NCBI GenBank assembly: GCA_038230695.1
Contig: JBBRMT010000002.1
Location: 1 to 60,915 of the forward strand
Source of the DNA: Chloroflexia bacterium
GTDB lineage: Bacteria > Chloroflexota > Chloroflexia > QHBQ01
Direction of reading: 5' to 3'
DNA length: 60,915 bases
The notes under the pieces are model-generated. The model was not told the origin of the DNA, did no database searches, and worked only from the letters and a program-made list of their open reading frames with translations. The translations under genes and the position numbers were made by a program. Positions within the stretch are counted from its first letter, which is position 1. The number at the start of each line of letters is the position of its first letter. This document shows positions 1 to 13,071 of the stretch, in pieces.

Positions 1-647
1 AAAGCACGGCAACCAGTCTGCGTGGGGAGGAGTTTACCCTGGGCCAGAGCGCCACGCTAGGCCGTGTGGGGGAGAATGAGATTACCCTGCCTGACCGCGA
101 GGTGTCGCGCCACCATGCGCGAATTACCCGTAGCGGCAAGCAATACCAGATCGAGGATCTGGGCAGTCTGAATGGAACATTCATCAACAGTGAGCGGTTG
201 GAGCCGAACCAGCCACTGCTATTGAGCAGCGGTAGCGAGATTAGGCTGGGGCCAACCGCCCGTCTGCTATTCACCGAGGTAGGTGCGACTGTGCCAGCTA
301 CAGAGGCGATGCGCGAGATGCTGATCAACGCGCCAGCCAAAGTGGGGGGCCAGACGAGCCTGCGGTTGGATGAGGCGCGGCGTGAGGTCTGGTTGAACGG
401 CAGTCTAGTCGCGCCGCCATTGTCGCCGGTGCAGTTCAGCCTGCTGCAGCTGCTGGCAAGCGCCCCTGGCCGAGTGTTCACCCGCGACGATATTGCCAAA
501 GAGCTATGGTCGCACTACGAACGTGAGGGGGTGAGCGACGAGGCGATTGACGCAGTGGTAAAGCGGGTACGTGAACGCCTGGCCCTGCTGGAGCCGCAGC
601 TGCAAATTATCGTTACGGTGCGGGCGCATGGGTTCAGGCTGGCGTGA
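1..647 (+). CDS. FHA domain + OmpR/PhoB-type winged-helix DNA-binding protein; the 5' end runs off the window
   Basis: The frame stays open upstream of the listed GTG (66) back to nt 3 (..LRGEEFTLGQSATLGRVGENEITL..). FHA core: GR..ITLPDREVSRHHARI..YQIEDLGSLNGTFIN. The C-terminal PLSPVQFSLLQLLASAPGRVFTRDDIAKELW...VTVRAHGFRL is trans_reg_C-like. Confidence 0.8.
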   Translation, partial: STATSLRGEEFTLGQSATLGRVGENEITLPDREVSRHHARITRSGKQYQIEDLGSLNGTFINSERLEPNQPLLLSSGSEIRLGPTARLLFTEVGATVPATEAMREMLINAPAKVGGQTSLRLDEARREVWLNGSLVAPPLSPVQFSLLQLLASAPGRVFTRDDIAKELWSHYEREGVSDEAIDAVVKRVRERLALLEPQLQIIVTVRAHGFRLA

Positions 648-2034
648 TCTCATCAGGCAACACCTTACCGGGGTTGAGCAAGTTGTATGGGTCGAGGGTG
701 CGCTTGAGGGTACGCATAAGGTCGAGTGCGGCAGCGCCTACCCCGGCTTCGAGATAAGGCCGCTTCAGGCTGCCAACCCCGTGTTCGCCAGAGATCATCC
801 CCCCAAGCTCCAACGCAGCACGGACGATCTGGCTCTCGGCAAGTTTGGCGGCAGCAAGTTGGTCAGGGTCATTAGCATCGAACAGGATGCAGGGATGCAC
901 ATTGCCGTCTCCGGCATGACCGGCCACCGCAATTTTCACGCCAGTGGCGGCAGCGATTTGCTCCACCCGTGCCACCATCTGGGGGATGGTCGAGCGCGGC
1001 ACCACCACATCTTCGACATATAGGTTAGGGGCGGCGGCCACCATGGAGTTGTAGACGTTGCGCCGCGCCAGCCACAGCCTGGCACGTTCCACCTCGTCAG
1101 TGGCAATCTCCACCTGCTGCCCACCGTGCGCCTCGCAGGCTGCCTGCACCCGCCGCAACTCATCCAGCACAGCACCCACCTCGCCGCCATCCTGCTCCAC
1201 CAGCATCATTGCGCCCGCGTTCTGGGGCAGGCCGAGGTGCAGCAAGTTTTCGATCGCGACCAGGGTGGCATGATCCATCAGTTCGATGGTGCAGGGTAGA
1301 ATGCCACTGTGCAACACAGCAGTGACCGCATTGGATGCCGCATCGAGGCTGGTGAACAGGGCGGTTAGCGTGGCTCGCACCGGCGGTTTGGGCAGCAGCC
1401 GTAGCGTCACTTCGGTGATAATGCCCAACGTGCCTTCCGCACCGATGAACAGGTGCATCAGGGCATAGCCAGAAGCCTGCTTGTGTGCCTTGCCACCCAG
1501 CTGCAACACCTGCCCATCGGCCAACGCCACGGTCATGCCCAGCACGTAGCTACGGGTCATACCATACTTCAACGCTCGTGGCCCGCCTGCGTTGACTGCA
1601 ACGTTGCCACCGATGCTGCACCAACTAAGGCTGGCGGGATCGGGCGGATAGAACAGCCCTTGCGCCTCGACCGCCGCTTGCAAATCGCCAGTTACCACTC
1701 CAGCCTGGGCCGTGACGGTCATTGCCGGAGCATCAATCTCGACGATGCGATTGAGGCGGGCGAGGCTGAGAACCAATCCGCCAATGGAGACTGCCCCACC
1801 CGCCAACCCGCTGCCCGCTCCTCGCGTCACTATCGGCAAGCCGAACTTTCCCGCCAGCTTCACCACTGCGGCAACCTCATCGGTATTCGCTGGTTCGACC
1901 ACAATTGCGGGCAAGGCGAAGCCGTCGCTGGCATCGTGGCCCCACTGCACCAGATCGTCGCAATGGACATACTCCGCGCCAATTGCAATGCTTAGTGCTA
2001 CGGTAAGGTTGTTCATGGTAACATCATCAAGCAT
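634..2034 (-). CDS. FAD-linked oxidase (GlcD / D-lactate dehydrogenase family)
   Basis: 466 aa. FAD_binding_4-like PIVTRGAGSGLAGGAV and the C-terminal GGMISGEHGVGSLKRPYL motif typical of glycolate oxidase subunit D-like enzymes. Confidence 0.85.
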   Translation of the reverse strand: MLDDVTMNNLTVALSIAIGAEYVHCDDLVQWGHDASDGFALPAIVVEPANTDEVAAVVKLAGKFGLPIVTRGAGSGLAGGAVSIGGLVLSLARLNRIVEIDAPAMTVTAQAGVVTGDLQAAVEAQGLFYPPDPASLSWCSIGGNVAVNAGGPRALKYGMTRSYVLGMTVALADGQVLQLGGKAHKQASGYALMHLFIGAEGTLGIITEVTLRLLPKPPVRATLTALFTSLDAASNAVTAVLHSGILPCTIELMDHATLVAIENLLHLGLPQNAGAMMLVEQDGGEVGAVLDELRRVQAACEAHGGQQVEIATDEVERARLWLARRNVYNSMVAAAPNLYVEDVVVPRSTIPQMVARVEQIAAATGVKIAVAGHAGDGNVHPCILFDANDPDQLAAAKLAESQIVRAALELGGMISGEHGVGSLKRPYLEAGVGAAALDLMRTLKRTLDPYNLLNPGKVLPDEITPA

Positions 2035-2140
2035 AATAACTCGCCTCTAGTGGTTGAAAGAAACTGCTGCATTGATTATAACACAAGTTTCTACATCCAA
2101 CAGCGCAGCGGGTGCGCGTCACGTTTTTGCATATCCAACC

Positions 2141-2164
2141 AGGGCGGACGCAATCCGCCCCTAC
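2141..2164. repeat. Family A hairpin repeat (inverted copy)
   Basis: agggcggacgcaatccgcccctac is the reverse complement of the 30554 copy. Confidence 0.85.
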
Positions 2165-2292
2165 GCCACACATACGTTGCAAGAATGTGACGCACACCTC
2201 AGCGCAGCGGGCAACTTGACGCAGCCACTAAAGGGGGCTACAATTATAATCGCGCCCGCAAGGTGTACCGCTCACTTTTGAAAAAGGAGTCA

Positions 2293-5094
<2,802 letters not shown>

Positions 5095-5259
5095 GGAAAT
5101 TTGCGGAATGGTGGGCTTTGGCCTGCCCTTCCGCTTGAGGGCAACGTCTATGGTATAACACCCATTCGCTTGTGATGCGGTAAAACCAGCATTGTTGGCG
5201 CTGCACCAGTGCGGGCCACCGCCCGCCCCTACGATTTATCCATCACCCGCTGAAGATGG

Positions 5260-5265
5260 TATAAT
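5260..5265 (+). promoter_or_regulatory. TATAAT box 6 nt upstream of the mscS-family ATG (leaderless-type)
   Basis: ggTATAATatccctATG, with no SD. Confidence 0.4.
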
Positions 5266-5271
5266 ATCCCT

Positions 5272-6027
5272 ATGCTTCCTCTTAATCCTGACCAGACAAA
5301 CTTCCTGCTTAATATTGTACGAGCAGTGCTGCTCTTGGCAGTGGTGCTGCTACTGGCCCGCTTCAGCAAGGGATTGCTGCTGCGGCTGGCGAAGCGCGGT
5401 CGCATCAGTGTCAACGTGGCCGCGTTGCTTGGCAACCTGGTGACAATCGGCGTGGTGCTGCTGGGCGCAGTCTTCATCCTGCCCATCTTCGGGGTGGAGT
5501 GGAATGGCTTGCTCACCCTGGTTGGTGCAATTGGCATCGCCATCTCGTTTGCCCTTCAGGACGTGCTACGCAACTTCGTTTCCGGCATCTATATGTTGAT
5601 CGAGCGTCCATTCAAGATTGGCGATGTGATCACTGTAAAGGAAGTTACTGGCACGGTGCAGAGCATCGAGCTACGCACCACTCTGCTGCGTACCGAGGAA
5701 GGCACCCAGGTGATTGTCCCCAACGCCACGGTCTTCACCGAGGTTGTCACCAACCAGAGCGCCTACAATCTGCAACGTCAGGTGGTGGAAATCAGCACCA
5801 CTACGCAAACGCTGGAGCAGATGGTCGGCAAGGTGAACACCGTGCTAAATCGCTTTGACGAGGTAGCCACCAACCCCTCACCGGAGACGAACGTGGTCAG
5901 CATCGAAGGAGTGCGGATGCAGTTGCGGGTGGTATACTGGATCCGACCAGGGAGTAATGTCGCCTCGCAAATTGCCGTGGCTCTGCGCGGCGAGTCCCCC
6001 ACTATTGAGATTAAGCTGCCCTCATGA
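5272..6027 (+). CDS. Mechanosensitive ion channel, MscS family
   Basis: N-terminal TM helices followed by ALQDVLRNFVSGIYMLIERPFKIGDVITV..VTGTVQSIELRTTLLRTEEGTQVIVPNA, the MscS beta-domain signature. Confidence 0.85.
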   Translation: MLPLNPDQTNFLLNIVRAVLLLAVVLLLARFSKGLLLRLAKRGRISVNVAALLGNLVTIGVVLLGAVFILPIFGVEWNGLLTLVGAIGIAISFALQDVLRNFVSGIYMLIERPFKIGDVITVKEVTGTVQSIELRTTLLRTEEGTQVIVPNATVFTEVVTNQSAYNLQRQVVEISTTTQTLEQMVGKVNTVLNRFDEVATNPSPETNVVSIEGVRMQLRVVYWIRPGSNVASQIAVALRGESPTIEIKLPS

Positions 6028-6620
6028 GTAAGTTGGGCATTATCGGCGGCACCTTCGACCCGCCCCACTACGCGCACCTGGCAATTGCCGAGGAGGCGAG
6101 GGTGCGGCTAGGGTTGGACTACGTGCTGTTCGCCCCCGCCTACGGCAATCCGCTCAAGCAAGGGAGACAGAGCGCCGCGCCCGAACACCGCCTCCGCATG
6201 GTTGAACTTGCAATTGCCGACAACCCCCACTTCGCTGTAACCACCCTTGACTTGCAACCAGGGCCATCATATACCGTCCACCTGCTGCAACGGCTCAAGG
6301 TCGAGTATCCCGCTGCCGAGCTATACTTCATCATCGGCTACGATGCGCTGCGACGGCTGCCCGACTGGTATCAGGCCGCAGAAGTGCTGGAACTGGCATA
6401 CATGATGGCCTCACCTCGCCCAGGCAACAAGCTGGACATTGACGCGCTGGTAGCTCGCTTGCCCACTGCCCGTGAACGGGTGCTACTGCTCGAAGATGGT
6501 CCGCTGCTCGACATCTCCGCTACTGCGCTGCGCGAACGAGTCGGGGCAGGCTTGCCAATTCGCTATCAAACGCCCGATGTTGTGGTCGAATATATCAAAC
6601 AGCAACATCTGTATCGGTAG
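6024..6620 (+). CDS. nadD: Nicotinate-nucleotide adenylyltransferase
   Basis: LGIIGGTFDPPHYAHL (the (H/T)xxH nucleotidyltransferase motif), about 198 aa, with a 4-nt ATGA overlap with the upstream gene. Confidence 0.9.
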   Translation: MSKLGIIGGTFDPPHYAHLAIAEEARVRLGLDYVLFAPAYGNPLKQGRQSAAPEHRLRMVELAIADNPHFAVTTLDLQPGPSYTVHLLQRLKVEYPAAELYFIIGYDALRRLPDWYQAAEVLELAYMMASPRPGNKLDIDALVARLPTARERVLLLEDGPLLDISATALRERVGAGLPIRYQTPDVVVEYIKQQHLYR

Positions 6621-7088
6621 TTATACTTTAGCTCAATCCCACCATTGTCAAAAATGTGCTACAATAAGTATCAGCCAGCGAAGGTAACTGGCAAACTAGC
6701 GGGCTATGTAGCCCGATTAGCGGTGTTGACGTGTGGCCTGGGTACGAAAGCAAAGGAGGTTCGGTTAAGTCGTAACCATCCTCAACATCTTCGTCGCCAT
6801 ACTCGTCTTCGGCGGCCTGCTACTGGTACTCAGGGATGGCTTGCGCGGTCGTCCGGTGATAGGCAAGATACCTTCGTCACCCCCGCCGCCAGCATACACT
6901 ACGGTGGGTATATAAATTAGAGGTGCGAAGCAGGCGGGTCGCATATTTCAGCCTGGGGCGAACGATGATTCGCCCCATCTTTGTGCTTACCTCAACTTGC
7001 CATCAAGAAGATGTTTGGGTGTGGGAGCGTTCCCACAGATGTGCTATAATAGCTCCGAACCCAATCAACGCATAGGAGGGCAGCTATA

Positions 7089-8453
7089 ATGAAGCGGGGA
7101 AGATGGCTACAACTGGCAAGTTTGGTCGCAGTTCTGATTGTCGTTGGCATAATCGCGCTTGTCTGGAAGCCAGGCCAGAGTGCGCCTACGTCACAACAGA
7201 GCAACACCGCATCGCAAACTGGGGGTGCGCCTACCGCATCCGCGAATGGAGGAGCAACTGTGCTTGTAGCAAGCAAATACCCATACAACCAGCCGACCAA
7301 CATCAAGTTCCCGCAGGCGGATATTGATACCGCCTGGCACGAGTGGAAGGCGGCCATGATCACCGCGCAGAACGCAGGAGCCGCGCCGCGCCTGCGAGTG
7401 ATGGGCGGCGTTGATATGCAATCCACCACCTCCGAGGGCCAGGGCTATGGCATGATGTTCGCCTCAGTCCTGGATGACCAGGCCACGCTCGATGGACTGT
7501 GGCTGTTCACTGCTGATTATCTGGACAAGCATGGGCTGATGGATTGGCACATAGCTGCCGACCGCACCCGCGCAGGTACTGGCGGTGCGACCGATGCTGA
7601 TGAGGATATTGCGATGGCCCTGGTCAACGCCTGCACCAAGGTGCGACAAGGCGTATGGCCTGCCAGCCCCAACCATATTGATTATTGCAGCGCGGCAAGC
7701 AGCATGATTAAGGCAATATATAACTACGAAGTGGACACACCGGGCTAAAGCAACAACGGTGGGCTGGACAACAACCCCGGCTACGAGCTAATGCCCGGCG
7801 ACCAGTGGAGCATCAGCGCCGATTATCCCCAGGGCATCGTCAACCTATCCTATTTCGCGCCCGCCTACTACAAGGTGTTCGGTAAGTTTACCAACGATGC
7901 AGCCAACTGGGATAATGTGATCAAGCGCAACTACGAACTTGCCAGCGTGGTACAGAGCAAGGCGGGCAACTGCGCCCATCTGGTATCCAACTGGAACACC
8001 TATGCGGGCGACCCGCAAAAGGTAAGCTGGCAGGCCGATAGCTACATGAACTTCGGCTGGGATGGCGCACGCTTCGCCTGGCGGGTTGCGGTAGACCACG
8101 CCTGGTTCAAAGATGCGCGGGCGCAGACCATCATGAACGAGATCGGTAGCTTCTTCGCCAGCGTGGGGGTGGACAGCATCAAAGCTGAATACAAAATGGA
8201 TGGCACCAGCCCCAACACCTACGCCGCACCATTCTTCAACGCCAACGCCGCAAGCGCCATCTGGGCGGCCACCAGCCTCAGTGGCGTAAAGTGCGGTCAG
8301 GCCGACGGCACGGTGAAGAGTACCCCGCAGCAAGCTTTCGATGCGGTGGTAGCCAGCAAGGATACCAGCGCTAGTCCTTACTACAACAACGCCTGGCGGC
8401 TGTTCGCCATGCTACTGATGTCGGGCAACTTTCCTAACTTCAACCAGCAGTGA
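7089..8453 (+). pseudogene. Glycoside hydrolase family 8 (endoglucanase/chitosanase-like) interrupted by one in-frame TAA at 7746-7748
   Basis: ORFs 7089-7748 and 7791-8453 are in the same frame, separated only by TAA. TSEGQGYGMMFA and ATDADEDIAMALVNA match the GH8 signature. An N-terminal signal/TM segment is present and GGAGGG lies upstream of the ATG. Confidence 0.8.
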
Positions 8454-8564
8454 AGCGGCTACTCCGCCTCACCCAACCCCAACGCCATGAGAATTGTAAT
8501 GAATCTAGTATTGCGTACTTGGACACGCGCCCCGCTTCTAAAATGTACTTGAAGAGGCTAACTT

Positions 8565-9404
8565 ATGAAGAGTCAGCCAGAGAGGGGCCAGAATCTTAGC
8601 CTTATATTCGCTAGCCTTGCGGTTGCTCTTATCCTGGCCGTTTTGTTTGCTTGTGATCAGAATAGCCAACTAGCTGACTCCTCCCATACGGCAACCTCTT
8701 TCAATCTGGCAGCAACCCCTGCTGCTAGCGAGATCGATCCTACACCCACCCTGGATGCTAATTGTATGATATACGTTCAAGATCCACCAGATGGGGATCA
8801 TGCGCTTGGTGACGCGGAAATTAAGCGCCACCTGGATTGCCTTGCTACTAAAGTTGCTCTAACCCATGCCCCAACCTGGACACCTGGAGCGCCGCTAACC
8901 GTCATACCTCAGCCTTCGCCAACTCTCCAAATGGACTCCCTAATGCCTTGCGATCATGTCGGTGGTTATACTTACGTTCTTTACACATGTTGGAGAACAA
9001 CTGTGGGCGGGCAGGTGGTAAGCATTGCTTCAGGTGTGGAGTCAGACGGGGATCCCAATCAAGGGGTGATCCTCATTTACGATGCCCCGAACTTCATGTT
9101 CTCCAAGACCGATCCAGATGTCTATCTTACGCCCATAAAAGTAGGCGCGGTCGAGATTACATCGGTGACAGGCACTCAGTTTATGCTTGCACAAGCGGAC
9201 CCTAATCAGATTGGCCCACTGCTATCCGGTGGTGCAACCGTCGTATTCGATATTGCCACAAGGCAGTTTTTGTCCGCACAATGCGGTCAAAATAGTTCTT
9301 CTTGTACCCCAGTTCCAATTGGTACAACCACTCCAGTCAGCACTCCCCAGCCGACCGAGGTAGCGACACCGCCCGTGATGCAGACGACAACTACTGGCCC
9401 TTAA
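8565..9404 (+). CDS. Hypothetical lipoprotein
   Basis: The signal peptide ends in the lipobox-like LFAC. The tail is Thr/Pro-rich. The DNA looks more AT-rich than its neighbours. Confidence 0.6.
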   Translation: MKSQPERGQNLSLIFASLAVALILAVLFACDQNSQLADSSHTATSFNLAATPAASEIDPTPTLDANCMIYVQDPPDGDHALGDAEIKRHLDCLATKVALTHAPTWTPGAPLTVIPQPSPTLQMDSLMPCDHVGGYTYVLYTCWRTTVGGQVVSIASGVESDGDPNQGVILIYDAPNFMFSKTDPDVYLTPIKVGAVEITSVTGTQFMLAQADPNQIGPLLSGGATVVFDIATRQFLSAQCGQNSSSCTPVPIGTTTPVSTPQPTEVATPPVMQTTTTGP

Positions 9405-9415
9405 TCTGATTTTAT

Positions 9416-9886
9416 TCAGCTGTTCGTTGGCAGCAGCCCTTGCAGTTTGCCGCAGAAATACTGCCAGCCCTCGACATGGCTGGCGCGGTCCTTCTGGTCG
9501 CGCTCCGACTCGTTGTAGGGGCCGTGAATAATGGTGATGCGGCAGCCGCCATCGGTTCGGTCGTGCAGCGTGATTTCTACCTCACGGGTGGGCGTGTCCG
9601 GCTCGTGATCCCACTTCCAGGTGAAGGCCACGCTGCGCCCTGGCTCGAAGTCGGTGAAGTGGCCGCGAAGGTGCCAGTCTGGCTCAGGCCAGGTGAGATG
9701 GTAAGCCCCACCATTGCGCGGCTCTACCTCCGCCACTGGCGGCCACCACTGGGTCAGCAACTCCGGCTTGGTCCAGTAGTCGAACATCGCCGCCGGACTG
9801 AAGGCGGCGAAGTCGCCAGTCATAATCAGCGCATCGCGATCGGTCTTCAATTCGATCAGCGGCGCTGGTGCGAGGGTTTCGTCCAT
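9416..9886 (-). CDS. SRPBCC / AHSA1-family protein
   Basis: 156 aa. FDYWTKPELLTQWWPP and the beta-rich remainder are typical of Aha1-like SRPBCC proteins. Confidence 0.75.
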   Translation of the reverse strand: MDETLAPAPLIELKTDRDALIMTGDFAAFSPAAMFDYWTKPELLTQWWPPVAEVEPRNGGAYHLTWPEPDWHLRGHFTDFEPGRSVAFTWKWDHEPDTPTREVEITLHDRTDGGCRITIIHGPYNESERDQKDRASHVEGWQYFCGKLQGLLPTNS

Positions 9887-9902
9887 AGTGGCGGCTTCCT
9901 TT

Positions 9903-10508
9903 CTACTTTGGTCGCTTCATCTCGAATATCTCGTGTGTAGTGGAGTAGCTATCGCCCGCCATGCGTCCGATCGCGTCCAGCGTATGGGGGTTGACCCGCC
10001 CATTGTCGTACAAATCTTCGCGGATGCGGAACTGCACGATTTCGCCAATCACAATGCCCACCTGCTTAGGCGCGTTGCCAACCGTTACCACCTGGTGCAG
10101 AACGCACTCCAGGCTGGTCGGCGACTCGGCTACTCGCGGGGGCTTCACCTTGAGGCTGGGTACGGGGGTGAGGCCGGAGAGGTCGAACTCATCAATATCC
10201 GCCGCGTATTCGCCAGAGGTGAGGTTCATCCGTTCGCCCAGTTCATAGCTAACCGAGTTGACCACGAACTCGCCGGTATCAATGATATTGCGTAGGCTAT
10301 CCTTCGGTTCGCCATCACGGTAGATCATCGAGATGCAGAGCATCGGCGGATTCGAGCCAACCCCGGTGAAGAAGCTGAACGGCGCGAGGTTAAGCGTTCC
10401 GTCGCGGCTGATGGTGGAGACGAAAGCGATGGCACGGGGGACGATGATGCCAATCATCAGTCGGTAAGCATCGCGGGCGGGTAGGTCGCGGGCATCAAGG
10501 TCAATCAC
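9903..10508 (-). CDS. Flavin reductase-like FMN-binding protein
   Basis: AYRLMIGIIVPRAIAFVSTISRDGTLNLAPFSFF is the split-barrel flavin reductase motif. The GTG start overlaps the TGA of the upstream gene. Confidence 0.8.
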   Translation of the reverse strand: MIDLDARDLPARDAYRLMIGIIVPRAIAFVSTISRDGTLNLAPFSFFTGVGSNPPMLCISMIYRDGEPKDSLRNIIDTGEFVVNSVSYELGERMNLTSGEYAADIDEFDLSGLTPVPSLKVKPPRVAESPTSLECVLHQVVTVGNAPKQVGIVIGEIVQFRIREDLYDNGRVNPHTLDAIGRMAGDSYSTTHEIFEMKRPK

Positions 10509-11020
10509 GCGCTTCCCTCCTGTACGTCAGGCGCAGGTATGTTCGTATCACCAGCAGCGGCAGGTTCATCGCTAATATCGTGAGTGACGCGTTCGCGGGC
10601 CTGCTGCAACTGGTCGAGGCCCATCTGGTTGCGGTTGACGTAGCGGCCCGCCAGCGAGAAGCCCGCCACGATGATGATCACCGCCAGCGCCCAACCCACC
10701 AGGCAACCGAGCGCCAGCCGATTGAAGAACAGGCCAATCATGCCGAAGATAAAGAACACCAGCAACCCCAGGCCCACCGAGGTGAAGGTTAGATTGGCGC
10801 AACCGCCTGCCTGAACCTGCTCCGCCCGCACGATCTGCTCGTTCAACTCCTGTACCTGATCGAGATAAGGGGTAAGAGTAAGTGTGCCGCCCTGCTTGTT
10901 GACACTATACTCGCTGCCGCAGCGGGTGCAGACCACGAACTTGATGTTGGTCGGCACCTCCAGGCGGCGTTCGCAGGTTGGGCAACGCATCCTTACTACT
11001 TCGGTATTTTCCATGCTCAT
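10505..11020 (-). CDS. Zinc-ribbon membrane protein, hypothetical
   Basis: CPTC..(17)..CTRC zinc ribbon followed by two TM helices. The start is set at MSMENTE (ATG 7 nt after GGGAG) rather than the listed 11083. Confidence 0.6.
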   Translation of the reverse strand: MSMENTEVVRMRCPTCERRLEVPTNIKFVVCTRCGSEYSVNKQGGTLTLTPYLDQVQELNEQIVRAEQVQAGGCANLTFTSVGLGLLVFFIFGMIGLFFNRLALGCLVGWALAVIIIVAGFSLAGRYVNRNQMGLDQLQQARERVTHDISDEPAAAGDTNIPAPDVQEGSA

Positions 11021-11199
11021 AAGTGGCTCCCAACGCATTACGGCACGGCCAAATAGCCGTGCCGTGCTTACATTATACCACATATGGCGGGATTTTCCAG
11101 GCAGCTTAATTGGGGATGAGCGTCAGTATCTTGCATAACCTACCAGGGCAGACGTTATTCACCATTGAAAGCTGCTGTGACAAGAAAGTAATACGCACC

Positions 11200-11517
11200 C
11201 TATGTTACCTGGCTGACTAAAGGGTTGCCTAGCATAATCAACTCAGCAAGGGTGAGGAATGGCAGCACGAGCAATAGGGCGAGGAGGCCGAGATAAAGCA
11301 GGTTGCCATCGTTATACTGCTGCTTGGCCTTTACTTCAGCCAACCTTTCATTAAGCTCGTCAAGCTCCCGCTTTAGGCTCTTTCTGCTCGACACCAATGC
11401 CAGCAGCAGCAGCCCAATTAACCCGAACGGAATTGCACACACGCAGAACCCCATATCGAAGACTGCCATTGTCATCTCTCCTATAGCCTTCAAACCTTCT
11501 GCTATTCTCTGCCACAA
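11200..11517 (-). CDS. Small membrane protein, hypothetical
   Basis: Two hydrophobic helices flank a charged coiled segment. No recognisable family. Confidence 0.45.
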   Translation of the reverse strand: MWQRIAEGLKAIGEMTMAVFDMGFCVCAIPFGLIGLLLLALVSSRKSLKRELDELNERLAEVKAKQQYNDGNLLYLGLLALLLVLPFLTLAELIMLGNPLVSQVT

Positions 11518-11700
11518 CGCTCTATTACGACAACCACATTCTCATAGATAGAGCTAGTACAGCAATACTAATATAATGCCACAACTCTGCTGCTTTGTCA
11601 ATACAGTTATCCACCAACTTGAAATATATCCTTGCTGGCATTTGGTCGCTTTAGAGGGTTGGTCTACTTTATGATTGATGTTGATTTAATAGGTTCAATG

Positions 11701-13071
11701 CTATGAAGCGCTGGAGAGCATTGCCACACTTCCGCGCAACGCCTCGGCAGCCGCCACTCGGCGCGGCAGCTCAAGCTGGCGATAGAGCCTGGTGGCCCGC
11801 TCCAACGCATCATCTGCCTTAGCATAATTGGCAGGGTCAGGGTCGCTATGGGCGCGGTTCATTAGCATTGCGGCATAATCCTCCAGCGTAGCCGCCATTT
11901 CATACGGGGTCAGGTTGGCGGGGTCGTTGATCAAGAGTTGGAACTGTGTGGCTGCCTCATCCCACTGGCCCAGCGCGGTGTACAGCAATGCCAACGCCTG
12001 ACTGATCAGGGTGTCCTCTTCGCCCTCTTCAACCAGGTGCGGCCAATTATCCTTCAGCCACTGCAAGTGGCGGCGGATATAAGTTTGCTCCTTGCGGGTG
12101 ATGTAATATACTGCCATTTGCAAGGCAAACTCACTTTTCCACAAGGGGTCACTGAGGTAGGAGTTGAGGCTACGAATTGCCTGGATATACCAGGCATCGG
12201 GGTCACTAGCGCTACGCACCAGGTCAATCAGATTGCTGGCAACCGCCCCTTCAGACACGCGATCGCCAGTATGCTGCACAAGCTCGTATGCCTCGTGCAG
12301 GTAGGTCTCCGCCAGGGTAAGGTCGCCAAACTTGGCATAAGCCCCGGCTGCCTCAGCGGTTACGCGGCAGCGGGCCTCAAGATTGGTAACCTGCCCACGT
12401 AGAGCCAGCGCCCGATCAGCATAGTCGAGCGCCAGGCTGTAAGGGCCGTAATAGCGGTGCAACCAGATCAACGGGCGATAAGCCGCCGCCAGATCGTTAG
12501 GGTCGCCGCTGCGCTCGGCATAAGTCAGCCCAAGTTTGTAGAAAGCGGTGGCCGCCTCGATCTCGTTGCGTAGTATGTAGATGTTGCCAATATTGCTGGT
12601 CACCCTGGTGGTCACGTTGTATGCGCCAATCGCCAGCGCCACTTCCATGCTGCGCTGATAGTAGGCAATCGCATCATCCATCTGCGCCTCATAATAGACT
12701 ACATTGCCCAGCTTATTTAGCACATCGGCGAACAAAGCCCGCCCGCCAGTTCGTTGCTCCAGGTTATTTTGCGCTAGAAGCAACTCGGCTTTTGCCTCAC
12801 GCACCATGCCTTTGCTATAGTAAATACAGCCCTGCAGCCAGAAGGCGCGTGCATTAAATAGATACTTCTCGCGCTCTTCGCTAGTCAACGCCAGTATCTC
12901 ATTGTCGGCCTGGGTCACGTTCGCAGCAGCCTGCTCAAAATTCGAGCGATTGATGTCCGCTTCAGCGCGGTCGAGGTAGAGCTTCGCCCGTGGCGCACGC
13001 AGCGACTCGCCGCAGCTTATACAAATAAGTGCGGCCTCGCGGTTTCGCGTGTTACAGTTGAAGCATATCAT
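11701..13071 (-). CDS. TPR-repeat protein with N-terminal zinc ribbon
   Basis: MICFNCNTRNREAALICISCG, then repeated A..Y/F...G TPR-like helices along 456 aa. Confidence 0.75.
   Translation of the reverse strand: MICFNCNTRNREAALICISCGESLRAPRAKLYLDRAEADINRSNFEQAAANVTQADNEILALTSEEREKYLFNARAFWLQGCIYYSKGMVREAKAELLLAQNNLEQRTGGRALFADVLNKLGNVVYYEAQMDDAIAYYQRSMEVALAIGAYNVTTRVTSNIGNIYILRNEIEAATAFYKLGLTYAERSGDPNDLAAAYRPLIWLHRYYGPYSLALDYADRALALRGQVTNLEARCRVTAEAAGAYAKFGDLTLAETYLHEAYELVQHTGDRVSEGAVASNLIDLVRSASDPDAWYIQAIRSLNSYLSDPLWKSEFALQMAVYYITRKEQTYIRRHLQWLKDNWPHLVEEGEEDTLISQALALLYTALGQWDEAATQFQLLINDPANLTPYEMAATLEDYAAMLMNRAHSDPDPANYAKADDALERATRLYRQLELPRRVAAAEALRGSVAMLSSAS

Noticed and set aside
2054-2281. 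75-aa ORF upstream of acnA, and the listed acnA start at 2263
   Set aside because: The ORF is translated across a GTAGGGGCG hairpin repeat and the acnA promoter region. AAGGAG + ATGATG at 2293 is the better acnA start.
6772-6918. A convincing-looking small TM peptide (..ILNIFVAILVFGGLLLVLRDGLRGRPVIGKIPSSPPPPAYTTVGI*) downstream of AAGGAGG (6754-6760)
   Set aside because: The frame opens right after a TAA (6766-6768) and has no ATG, GTG or TTG at a usable distance from the SD. The first codons are GTC GTA ACC ATC. It could only be real with a non-canonical start or an indel error, so I do not call it. The listed ORF 6645-6920 in another frame is highly basic and unconvincing as well.
7746-7748. 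Programmed readthrough or recoding at the GH8 in-frame stop
   Set aside because: The codon is TAA, not UGA or UAG. No recoding signal or hairpin is evident, so a nonsense mutation or base-call error is the simpler explanation.
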